Shown here one piece after another: positions 26,680 to 38,922 of a stretch of DNA of 64,000 bases. Under the pieces are notes generated by a model. The model was not told where the DNA came from and did not search any database. It saw only the letters and a list, made by a program, of their open reading frames with translations. Source of the stretch: Phoronis australis (lineage: Eukaryota > Animalia > Phoronida). The stretch is taken from assembly GCA_002633005.1 (NCBI GenBank), contig NMRA01000039.1:658839-722838 (forward strand). Reading direction: 5' to 3'. Each line of letters opens with the position of its first letter. The stretch's first letter is position 1. The translations under genes were made by a program, and so were the position numbers.

Positions 26680-26868
26680 CTTTCAATAGCACACTGGGCT
26701 CTACCCTTTCAATAGCACACTAGGCTCTACCCTTTCAACAGCACACTGGGCTCTACCCTTTCAATAGCACACTAAGCTCTACCCTTTCAATAGCACACTG
26801 GGCTCTACCCTTTCAATAGCACACTGGGCTCTACCCTTTCAATAGCACACTGGGCTCTGCCCTTTCAA
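26680..26868. repeat. 26-bp minisatellite, ~7 copies
   Basis: Unit ctttcaatagcacactgggctctacc. Confidence 0.93.
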
Positions 26869-28132
26869 AATGCCAATGGTGTCCAGCAACATTCCATAGG
26901 AGGCAACAAACGTGTGAACTCAAGTTCTGCCACCAGTATGAACTACAAGCACAGAAATAGGACAGTCTGTTTACAAAAAAAAAAACAGGTAAATAAGCAC
27001 GGGTAAATAAGCAAGCTGCTAATGTGATCGCCTAATGTCATCCAGTAAGCATTATGCCTCCTCCCCCCTTGGATGAAAAATTTCAAGTCCGGGCCATCGT
27101 CTTCTCCGTTGGAAGAAAAATGCACTCGCTGGCTCAACGAAGAACACCCAGATTCCCAAATGTACAGTTCATCTAGACGTTAGTTAGAAGTCTGATCAAT
27201 GTGTTCATTGCTGCCCAAATTCACTGAAACCATGGCGTCCTATACAACACTTTCGCAACAAGCAGTTTTTACACCAACACCAGTGCGAATGCCTATGCAA
27301 GGAAAACAAACTTTTTACATATTACGGGATACCGACAGCAGAGTGCCTAGCAAATATGAGGTTGAGAGCACAGAAATTCCAAGAAAACTTGAGTTTAAAA
27401 GTTATATACTCTTTTATATGCTGTTCCTACAGGGGTACTTAGCACATGCAAATACGACATAATGACATCACGCCAGAGGAGAGGCATTCACTTGATGACN
27501 AAAATGCCAATGCTGTCCAGCAACATTCCATAGGAGGCAACAAACGCGTGAACTCAAGTTCTGCCACCAGTAGGAACTACAAGCACAGAAATAGGACAGT
27601 CTGTTTACAAAAAAAAAACAGGCAAATAAGCACGGGTAAATAAGCAAGCTGCTAATGTGATCGCCTAATGTCATCCAGTAAGCATTATGCCTCCTCCCCC
27701 CTTGGATGAAAAATTTCAAGTCCGGGCCATCGTCTTCTCAGTTGGAAGAAAAATGCACTCGCTGGCTCAACGAAGAACACCCAGATTCCCAAATGTACAG
27801 TTCATCTAGACGTTAGTTAGAAGTCTGATCAGTGTGTTCATTGCTGCCCAAATTCACTGAAACCATGGCGTCCTATACAACACTTTCGCAACAGGCAGTT
27901 TTTACACCAACACCAGTGCGAATGCCTATGCAAGGAAAACAAACTTTTTACATATTACGGGATACCGACAGCAGAGTGCCTAGCAAATATGAGGTTGAGA
28001 GCACAGAAATTCCAAGAAAACTTGAGTTTAAAAGTTATATACTCTTTTATATGCTGTTCCTACAGGGGTACTTAGCACATGCAAATACGACATAATGACA
28101 TCACGCCAGAGGAGAGGCATTCACTTGATGAC
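26867..28132. repeat. ~633-bp direct duplication across a single N (probable haplotype or contig overlap)
   Basis: 26867-27499 is almost identical to 27501-28132, with a few SNPs; N at 27500. Confidence 0.85.
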
Positions 28133-30891
28133 GATGAACACTCAAAGTTTCAGTGCAGCACTGAGCCTGGAACCACACGAACATGGTGGATCTCTGCGTC
28201 CAAAAACACTTGCTGGATCCATGCAGAGGAAGAAGTTGGAATCCCGAAGCAATTAGGCAAATTATAATTTGTAATCAATTTCCATCCGTGTGAATGAGAA
28301 CTTACTGTAGGTAACAGGCCGTGTAAATGCAGGCAGGTGATGTCGTAAGTCACTCTATGTCACAAGTCACTTAAGTAAAAGCAACACATGTGGGAGTCTG
28401 CCACCAGTGTTGTTTACCTCACATGAACCAAACTGGGCACCAAGCTGTATTTGAAAACACCTCAGCCATGTGTAGAAAATCTAATCTCTAGTCATATTTG
28501 AAAAGCTCCACGCCTACATAAACATACCAACATAACAATACTTCTATAGCTTGTTTCTGCACAAAAATCTAATACGGTATGCTGACAAAATTGACCCCCT
28601 TTGTTGTATCACAAGAAAATTCCTTATGAGAACGCTGAAATAAAGATACTAACTTTTAAGTGAAATTTGCACGCTAATTCCTCATCTGTGTGTTTGCTTG
28701 GTCAAAGTAGTTAGAAACACAGCATATAACGACGATGTAAATATGAAGTAGGTTGAAAATTGCCAAAATTGTTCAAAGAACAAGTTTTGTGGCAAAAATG
28801 ACACCCCGCAAATTACTCAACCGTGTCCAGTATTCCTAAGGTGGTACAATTGCAATTTGTTTAGCATAGCATACATCAAAATAGCATTATGGTTTAGTGC
28901 CTGCAATACATTCATAGTTAAGAGCACACAAATATACCTTTAATAACCTGTAAATACAGAATATCTTATTTTCAGTATGTAATTGCTCACAAACATTTCC
29001 TTGTAGAGTTACCACATTGCTGTATATATACCAAATAAAAACAACATTCAGTTTCAAAGTATAGCCAACGGTCTTTCCCAATCACTACTAAAACCTGGAC
29101 AGGCTAAATCAATAACGGCATTGAGAAAGAACAAAACAACGAGCAAGCTCCAAAGACAACCTTTTAAAATATCTATTAAATTATTCATCCACTCAGGCTG
29201 GGTAAAAAAAATCAAACCCAACAAAAGATTACTAGGCATGGTTCATTTCCGACAACAGCGAAAAGCTATTTACGACTTGCTTCGTAGCTTCCATAATTCG
29301 ATCCAATTCAAGTCTCAGTAGATTTTGGGTCTCTTGCCAATATACGTTTCCATCTGCTTCTTCATTATCTCCTTACAAAGTTTGTCAGATGCAAAAATAT
29401 TAACAGGCTGTCTGAGTATAACAGCTAGCTACTTTAAAAGACTGAGACATGGCAGTGAAATCTGCTCAAACCATAAAATGAAAAATATAGTTTACGTACA
29501 ATAAACATTTCTTAACAATCAGCTTATTGCCTACATGCCGTTTAAGAAACCACTTTTCATCAAAAAATAGAATACGACTCAAAAATATTCAGTATATCTG
29601 AGATATTCAGGTCATTGACCAAAAATCAGCTTGTTTCAGCAGATAGTACTCTTTGGTTCTTACCTTTCTTTGAATAGCTTGTGTTTAATTTGGTATCTTG
29701 TCTCAAATTGCAAATTTGGTATCTGGTCTCAAATTGCAAGTTGGTTTGTGCCTGGGTGTGTGTATTTGTCAGAGAAAAATCAAGCATATGTTGTTATAAA
29801 TAAATGGTAATAAAAAGTATGCAAAAAATCAACTTGTTGTTAAAATCATCAAATAAATCCAAAAGCACTGAATCAGTTTATTATCCAAATATATTCCATT
29901 TTCCGAAGATATTTCAATATTTTACCCAAGTGGGTTATACCTGTACATCAGTTGGTTGTATGTTGTTGATGTATACTATCATCAGGACTGGTTGTGTATG
30001 GAGTAAGCCTAGACTTACTACCAAAAACAGGAGGCCTGTCAGGAAGAGAATAACTATTCTCCCAAAAATGACATGATTAGAAACAGACATCTAAAACAAC
30101 AGACTGCAAGTTGATGGACACTGATCACTTTAGGGAACCTTCAAATCGAGAGAATTGCTTCTCTAAAGGCCCATGGGCCTACCGCATATCTTGAGAATTT
30201 TTCAAATATAGGGGGACCCATTAGTGGGAGTTTCTTTCAATGTTTGAGGAGACCGACAGTCTCAAACACCTCACAGCATGCAAACAACAATGAGCAGTGG
30301 GTTTGATATGATACCTTTGATCAAGCTTCTTATCAAAGATGATGCAAAAGCCTAGATAAAAAATTCCAAATTTAGCTAATTTTTGAACATCATATCTCAG
30401 AACTGGCTGATGAGATTCAGATGAAAGTTTCAGCACACTACCCTTGATACACTGTTCTCTAAAACCCTGTCACGACAATGGTCCACTTTCGCATAAGCGC
30501 TAATAAAAATATTATTTTCATCACTTTTATGAAGAAATTGCACAAAACAAAAACGAAATACTTCTATAAAACTGCAACAGCTTTTTTGAGATTTCATCAA
30601 AAACATTTACCGAACATCAAATAAAACTTGCACGTGATATTGATACATTTCTCTTGCTTTGAATGTACCTTCCTTTTTTGGTAATTTTACTAAGACATGA
30701 TCATGTGAGCCAATTAATGACAGATTTGTCTAAGTTGAAAATAAAAGAACACACTTTTGATGACTTGATTTTAACTTTCATAGATATTTGACTTAATGCA
30801 CTGGACTTTATTTGTGACAAGACATTACAGGACATTTTCTCGCAGGCAATTTGAAAATGTATCACGAAAATGTAGTGTATCCAGCTAGGGC

Positions 30892-30961
30892 CTAGAAACC
30901 TGACTCAAGGGTCCAGAGTGGCTCAGTGGGACACTGCTAGACCCTTGAGTCAGGTTTCTAG
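30892..30961. repeat. 70-bp hairpin with perfect 22-bp arms
   Basis: CTAGAAACCTGACTCAAGGGTC (30892-30913) and GACCCTTGAGTCAGGTTTCTAG (30940-30961). Confidence 0.92.
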
Positions 30962-31436
30962 CACCTCAGCGCGGTTTTAACTATATATTAAAAAGCACAA
31001 AAATGGTTCCAGGTGAACAGTGCAATGGGTCCGCGTGCACAGCCTACGCACGTCTGGAACAACGTGTACCAGACTGCCTACAATTATTTCTTTGAGCCTA
31101 TGCACGCCTAGAGTAATGGTGGGATATAACATGCCCGCATTTTGAGAACTCAGAATAACGGGCATCAAACTCCGGGTTCTCAAAATATGAGCATGTTATA
31201 ACTGACTAGTGCCCACACCTGGAATACCACAACCGGTCACCTGCCTACTTTTAGCACATGAAACCTCAATTGGTTAAGGAAGGAGAGAAAATGGCGTAAT
31301 TAGCAAAATGGCATAATTAGCAAAATATAACACCTTTAAAACCACTTGTATTGATGGAATTTTACTCAACACAGAAAACCTTAGATGAGGTTATAGACCA
31401 TTAGCTCTTGAAATAATTTTTCCTGTACATTGCTAC

Positions 31437-31600
31437 CAGTGGCAGATTTAAGGTGGGGCCAAGTGGGCCATGTCCCCACCCTGAAATTTATCCCAGATTC
31501 CATTTGCCAGTTCGGGGGTGCAAATGCCTGACGGCCGAAATCATGGATAATACTATGCCCTGCCCTCCCCCCCCAATTCAAAATCCTGCATCCAACCCTG
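31437..31600. mobile_element. 164-bp GC-rich MITE, hAT-like CAG...CTG ends
   Basis: CAGTGGCAGATTT ... ATCCTGCATCCAACCCTG imperfect TIRs; GCTAC directly repeated on both flanks. Confidence 0.6.
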
Positions 31601-34600
31601 GCTACAGATAAATATTACTGGATGTAAACCAAGTAGTATTTCCTTGTGGTTTATTTTTGTCTGGATTATCAACAAAATTATACTTTTGTGATACAGTAAC
31701 CTAAATACTTTCAGCACTTGGTGCAAATACATGCTTTACGGGGAGGGGGGCACAAAAAATAACTAAGTGGTGGTTTCACGCTGAGAATTGAAGCAATTCT
31801 ACCATGGGACCAAGATTACTGCCACGTAGACTTAAGATGTGATCAGTTTGGCCGTCTCAGAGCCTACTTGATCAATTACAGAATTCTGCTTAGGGTCTTA
31901 TTTAATATAGATTATATACAAACATAGGCCAATCTTGAGAAAAATGTCACACTGATCACGGACCAAGTGAAAACAACGTTGCTTTCCCCAAGGTCCACAT
32001 AACCTGACATATTGTCATCGATCTACATATGTTTATTTTATTATACGGCAACTAATGCTTGATTCCTGATTTTTTTCGTCTGTTCAATCCACATGACGCT
32101 TATACCTACTGCCATCATCACCTAGCTATTACTGCTCGTGCAGTCAGGAGTTCATGGTTGCTCCAGTGCGTAACTGGTCACCTCTAGCGACATCTGTGGT
32201 TCGCGGATCTTGAAAAGAGATCATTACACGGCAAGCCATGCAACATTACCTTGTAACAGAAGCCTCTGTACTCTGATTTAGACAATCAGAAGACATAGGG
32301 ATCAGTGGTTGTGCACAACTATCCATAATATCTGGGTCATTATTACTGACTACCAAATCACATAGATACAATTGGTAGAGATGATTATTGTCAGGCAGTA
32401 TTACTTCAACCTCAGTAATATTGACACCATGAACAGACCTGAAAAAATCTTGTAGTCCTGTCAGCTCAGCAACCACGAATGACCAAACAATTCCAACAAT
32501 TAATCCTACTCTATATGTTAGTCAGGGGTCAAACATCATAAAAACAACTGTTTGTTAAATCAACAAAAACATTTAAATTGTCTGTGCTACATGAACATCA
32601 TCCACCATACCCCTTATGAATAGGTAGAATAGAAAATAAAATACCATCGACATTGTTTCTGTAGCAGAAAATTCACAGGTGGTGGCCGAACAACACACAA
32701 GTTCAAACAATTTATGTTTAACATATGTTCAGGAAAATAACCCCCAGTGCAGCTCAAGCTGTTCTTGAGAAACAAAAGGGATGTCTGATATTTCAATTAC
32801 TTCATGTAATGTACGCCTGACTACTGAAATCCTTTAAAACCTAGATTACTGTTCTCTCCAATTAACTTATCTCACTACTTCAACCTGATCACCTTTAGAA
32901 CAGGTAATGGCAGTTTAATGATGGTCACAGGTGTCACTGAACAACATAGTGAGAGCTACTCAGTCAACTCACAGTCCTACACAACAAACAATGCTCGCGC
33001 TTCAAACAACCAACCTGTGAATCTTCTCTGTCCCAACCAATACTCTAAACCACGATGTGTCATGGTATGGGCGTCTCAATAACACAAAATCAAGAACAGT
33101 TTAATGCCCAGGCCTCCATCTCCCAGTTGTGTCCTCAAACAGAATCCAAAGGTTTCAGGATAACAATCCATCCAATTGTCCATGAAAACAACAGAACAGT
33201 GTAACAATGAATACCAAGGCCACAGGCCCTCTGCCTTGGTCTGCCTGTTACAATGCCAGCACAGCAATGATTATGATACCAGCACAATAGTTGACTGCAG
33301 GCCTGCAGATACAGGCATCAATAGCTGGAGACTCCTGCTCCACAGCAACAGACTTATGTTGATTTCAGCAGGCTCTAAGCACACACCAGAAGACCAAGCA
33401 GTAGACTACACCAGTACACAACCACTAAGTCAGAATGTTGCTAGCACTCCCAGCTGAACTTTGCTCAGAGCAGTTATTGCCACAGCCATCTGTTAGAGGC
33501 AACCTAAAACAGTCTCTTGACTGAATGCATGCCCTGTACAATGACATCTGCAGTCTCCAAACGTTTGCATTTGCGTTGGATGTTACATCAGAAATCAATT
33601 CACTGCTATTCAAGGAAGGTGAAAACACTGGACTGCACCACGATACAGTATCAATCCACACGCATATTTATAGCTACACCCACCCTGACTACACAGAGGT
33701 CTCTACGCTACAATTTCTTCGATCAAAAATTATCCGTCACTGTGTGATCCTCACAGACAAACAGGTAGCAGCAGTGAGCACTGTCACAGCAACCTCATTG
33801 GAAATTCTCTTCACTTCTGGTTATCAGGGTGATTATGTTACATACTCATTACAAGCTGTATTAATTATGCATAGCCTGAGATGAACAAGGCAGAATCAAT
33901 GACACTTCAGGTAGGGATCACTACCTGTAACAAAGTAAATACCCTTAAGGCCTCTATGCAATTTTGTCTGCTTTTTATGCAGGGTTGCAGGGCATATAGC
34001 GGGAAAATTGGGACACCCACTGTTTTAGAAAAACGGCGTCACAAAATGATCTTTCAAAGCCCCACGAGAGTAAGAAATCATCATTACACCATGGATCGAA
34101 AGGAAATCATTGATTGCTCGGAAGTAAAGATTCGACGCCGCCAGCATAATTTATTCCAGTTGAAAGTTTGCAACTTTGACTTGACCTAATTCGCACTCTG
34201 GAGGACATTAAGAGAGATATTCCAAGAAAATTATTCTCTAAAGTTTTGTTCATACAATACCATTATCCTATTCCCATATTTGAAGCCATCACATAGATTT
34301 AAAAACATCGGCTGTTGCTATTGATTGGCACTTAAGAGTGTCTAACAGACCGACTCTCAGTCTCCTTCGGAACACTGAGGAGGGGAAGTTCAGCTCTAAA
34401 CATTAGCTAAGTTGGAATTACTCAGGATTCTCCCCAGGCAAAAATCAAAACAGCTCCAATGGTGTTTTTCCATCTTAATTTCCTTTCCGCTAACTCACAA
34501 AACAACTGCAATCGGCACACTGTTTTCACAGGCTGAAGTTGTTCATTTGTTACAGAAAAGGAACAAAAAATGGTACAACTAAGCAACATGACTGAAATAT

Positions 34601-35799
34601 CTCACCTATTTAGGGCACAATATACCTCTAATGCGACATTCTATTTCCAGTTTTTTATTGAAAGATACATAACACCAAAGTACTGCTTTTCCCTACCGGT
34701 ATTCCAATTCCGTATCATAGCAACCACCAGATGACATTCTGTGGAAAATTTGTGGATATTCACTACGGTGTTCCAAACCCTCAAAAATTATGAGCGCAAT
34801 TTTCGTAATAACTGTTCAAAAAAAGGTGAGAAGTTACGAAATTGTGATACCTTGCCTATTCAAGTACGGCTCAACAAAACTTGAAAAATGCAACTTGGAA
34901 AAATTACTTAGGATACTAAACTGTAACTGAGCTTGCCAAAACAAGGTAACTTTGTACATAAGGAAAGTCCAGCAAGACCCTAATGCTTAGTTGGCAAGAA
35001 CCAAGCGAAAATGAAATAAATGATATTCCTGAAGTGAAAAACTGGAGAACTCAGCAAATGTCCGTCGATGTACCCGACATCGTCATGAAGGCATTTTTTA
35101 TCAAACTGAAAGAATGCCTTGTGTGCTCGGTAATGATCGATTCCCTCCTCCCCTTTCAGATGCGTGTGTGGTGACTTTGTGGTTAACATAGGATTTTTAT
35201 TAAGTCGCCAAATAAAATTTGAGGCTGTATAGGCTACCTGCCGGTTCCCCAATCGAGGCCTGTTAAAGATTTCAGCATGGCTCAGAGGCTCAAGATTTGA
35301 AAACATGACTCGGGACTTTTCAATCACGGTGCAGCCGTAAGATTGAAAAGAGGTAGGGAGAACACTGGCGACATTCTGTGAATTTATTTATCTACATTAT
35401 TTAGCTCCAGACAAAACAATGGGGTTAAGTAAGGTAAAATATCAGAAAAAATGAAATTTACTTTCTTCCCATTTTCATAATTGATAAGAAGCACAAAATA
35501 AGCGCTACACAACGGGTATGTTCAGTACATTAGCCTATCCGTTTCTCAAGAAATCATGAATAGTCACAAATACATAGATTTTAAAAATAAAAATAAAAAT
35601 AGTGCAGGTGGTCTGAATTACACATTGCAACACCAGACGTGAGAAAGCCACTCAGCATGGTACATTATACAAGACACTGGGAGGGGGGGGCAGGGGGGGG
35701 GCGCCCTTTTTGTTTTATAAATAAACACATATAGACACATTCACAGGACAAGATAAGCTGTGGAGCAAACAGACCAGACTCAAGGATCAGACACTGTGG

Positions 35800-35863
35800 A
35801 CTCCAGTGGGATTTGAACCCACTGTTTTGAGAACAAGATGGGGACATTCAACCATTTCCCCGC
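35800..35863 (-). mobile_element. Degenerate tRNA-like SINE head
   Basis: Minus strand ...AATGGTTGAA...CAGTGGGTTCAAATCCCACTG: B box inside a T-arm-like stem. Confidence 0.4.
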
Positions 35864-36542
35864 AACTTTAATACGAGGAACCTTTCTGTAAACAAGCAAT
35901 TTTGGAGAGTTCACCAGTCTTTAATCCTTATTATTTTTTTCATAAGCGTGAGCACGGCTTTCATTACAGAAATGCTCAGTATAATAAGAACTATTTCCAG
36001 GCAAAAGCTACCCATCCGAGTGTCTACTACCACAGTAGTACGCTATATACTTGACAAGGAAAACATTCATGGATCAAAGTATTTAACACTCAACAGACTC
36101 CTCCTTGGGTGAGCATGGATTGACTTACATAATGTCATGTCATACTGTCTGCTCACACTGCAAACAAAGGAGCAGCCTAGCCAACATCAATCTTTGGATC
36201 AATGTCCCCAATCACGACATCAATGGAGCTAATTAAACATGGATTGTTAATTGGTTATCAAGTGAGTTCCTATGCCTGCAACAATTTCACCAGATTTACA
36301 AAGCTCCTTTGGCTTTGTAATAAGCGTCTGACAGTATCCATGTGATACCACAAATTTTTGCATTATAGTAAAATCTAACAAGTTTCGAACAAAAACCAAT
36401 GCCAATTTCTATCCTTTTTAATTCTTTACAGGCATTTTGGTAAAAGATCACAATTTCTCAAAATATTGTCCGATTCTAGCATTTAGCATTATGGTGTAGA
36501 ACACCAAAATGATGAAACATTTATTAAGGTCTTGAAACTTAA

Positions 36543-36798
36543 GCCCCATCCACACACAGCCTATGCTAGAACAACTTGCACTTAAGTGCAACTTATCCCA
36601 CTTTTAAATGGCCACACAGCGATTAGAAGGGGCGCGCCTTACCCTAGAACAAGTTAACCTCTCTCGATAAGGTGAAGTAAGTTGTCACAAGTGAGGTAAG
36701 TTATACTAGTTTAAACAGCGTCCACACAGCCTCCAAACTTGAGCGACAACTCACTCCAGAAGTAACTCGTTCTAGGGTGAAGTGTGTGTGTGGATGGC
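36543..36798. mobile_element. Short MITE, Harbinger-like ends
   Basis: CCATCCACACACA ... TGTGTGTGGATGG inverted ends, with internal ctagaac / gttctag repeats. Confidence 0.5.
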
Positions 36799-38922
36799 AC
36801 AGTAACATTAGCCCGATAGCCTCAACAGCGGGTAACAATTTGCTGTAGGGCAAGTGAAATTTCAAAGCAGCATGCCCAACAGGAAAGTTCGAAATGTGAA
36901 TTTGTAAATCCAGATTTAATGGCACGCTTTTCTACATCTACCTGACTGTAGACTTGAAAGCATTACAATAATTTGGAGAAGCAAGTTTTTCCTTCGCTCA
37001 ACAAACTTACTTAGTTTACTAACCCAACAGGCAAGTAATGAAAAGTTAGTGTCAAGCCCCATCATTCGCCTCTACTTATCTTTAATGAGAGAAAAACGAG
37101 AAAACAAAATTCAATTGCCTCTTAAATTGGTGAGATTACCGTATTGAATGGAGAACTACGGTGATAAAAAATTACTGGGTCGGAAAAGCATAACTGTTCT
37201 CGTCTCGCATAGAATAGTCAATATGGCTATCACCACAAGCATGTGACTATAAACGATAAATGGCTTAATTGGCAGGGATTAGCACAAGCAATTAAACAAA
37301 AACTGCTACATATTAATGTGTTTTCTTCACACGTTTATCCATGCGAGAAATGAAATGCTTGGGTAAACTGCAAGTTACAAAAACAAAATGACACGAAGAT
37401 ATTGTTGCTACAGCGTCAGTAGTCAATGTGCTGATGCAAGATTGCATTAGCAAGACGTCCCGTCAAAAATCATGGGTAAGTAGACTTTTGCTGGTAATTA
37501 ACCACTGACAACCTTATTGATAAGTCTAGCCAAATATCCACAAAACTATAGGGATCATTTCTTCAAAATATCTATGTTCTGACAGTAAAAAGCCTGTAAA
37601 ATTTTATTTTAAAAATTTATACTATTTCCCATGAATTGGGTCACGTGACCATGTCTTTCTAATAAAATTTTCCAAAAAAGAAAGATACCAGGCTAACAAT
37701 ACAATGACCAAATTTCATTGATACAAATATTCCAGATGGAATATCACAGAAACTCTTCCAGTTTTCTAAATTATCATTTCGTTTTCATTTTATGCAACTT
37801 TTGATTTTTCCGAAAAAATCATTAAAGTCCTACATTTGATGGCCTCTCAAGTTAAAATGAAACAAAAGCATTGGTCTGTAACCACACTGTTTGCTTCTGT
37901 AATTTCCTAGAAGCGAGGTATAACTATGAAGTTTAACAATTTCATAATCATGTTAACATGATGAATTACTAACAAGTTTTTAATCAATCCTTGAAATTGG
38001 CTTATAGTAATAAAAATGTGCTGAAAACTTTCTCGTTTAAATTCGCTTCACCGAAAATGTTCTTGTGGCGAAAAAATGCCAGTCTAGTATTTTCAAAAAG
38101 CAAAGATAATCACCTCCCCTCTATTGTGAACAGCTAAAACTAGAATTCATGATTTTATCACCAATAGGTGGCAGTGATAACACAAACAACCAATACAAGG
38201 TTTTCATCACACCAAAACAATAGCATTTCTTAGATTTGCAGCAGCATATTTCATGCGTTATATTGAAAAAATTGGGATGATTCCAATATTTGGTGCAATG
38301 ATAATCAATCTGTAATCCGGTATTTCCAAAAATATTGTTGCAGGTGGTGAGCAAGTAAACAACACAATCAGTAATAACTTACCTGAAGGTCAAAAGTATT
38401 AATTTCGTAAATTTTCAATTAAATTTTATATTTTAAACTATACTTACTTTGATCTTTTGTAGCATTACATATGGGATACACTACTGTGAACTTTCCAATG
38501 GCAATCTGAGTAATATACTATATGGACAAAATTTTAATAAACCTGTGCCATACTTTTCACCAATTTCAGACAAAATTAATGTTTCGTTTTTTAACACAAT
38601 ATAACATTGTTGTGAATATCCATAATTTCTGAAAGCACTGTCTGATGGTTGAAAAGCTAAACCTTGATGAATTATTCATTTAGTAATACACTATCATCCT
38701 TCAAGAAAAAGTGAACAAATGAAATGTCCCGTTTTTCGCGTTTGTTGCGTCCCAAATTGGTAAGATTTGACCGCAGTAAAGGATAGCTAAAGCTGAAGTT
38801 TTGTGAACCTATATGTCTAACTTAAACAATCATCTAGCGAGCATTCTGGCTCAATGTGGACCAAATCAATCTTCATACAGGAAGTAACCAATGGCCACCT
38901 CAGATGACCACTGGGCAGTTAA

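Noticed and set aside
27199-28095. Two identical 87-aa ORFs suggesting a duplicated gene
   Set aside because: They result from the 633-bp duplication across a single N, and no domain is recognisable.
28150-28353. FGIP...IHHVRVVPG weakly resembling an integrase core
   Set aside because: Catalytic residues are missing and the match is too short to support without an HMM search.
30405-30440. CTGATGA...GAAA hammerhead-like match
   Set aside because: No convincing stem II or stem I pairing.
32246-32476. Protein-like 76-aa minus-strand frame ending at a possible donor site
   Set aside because: No recognisable family and no similarity to the KCNH N-terminus.
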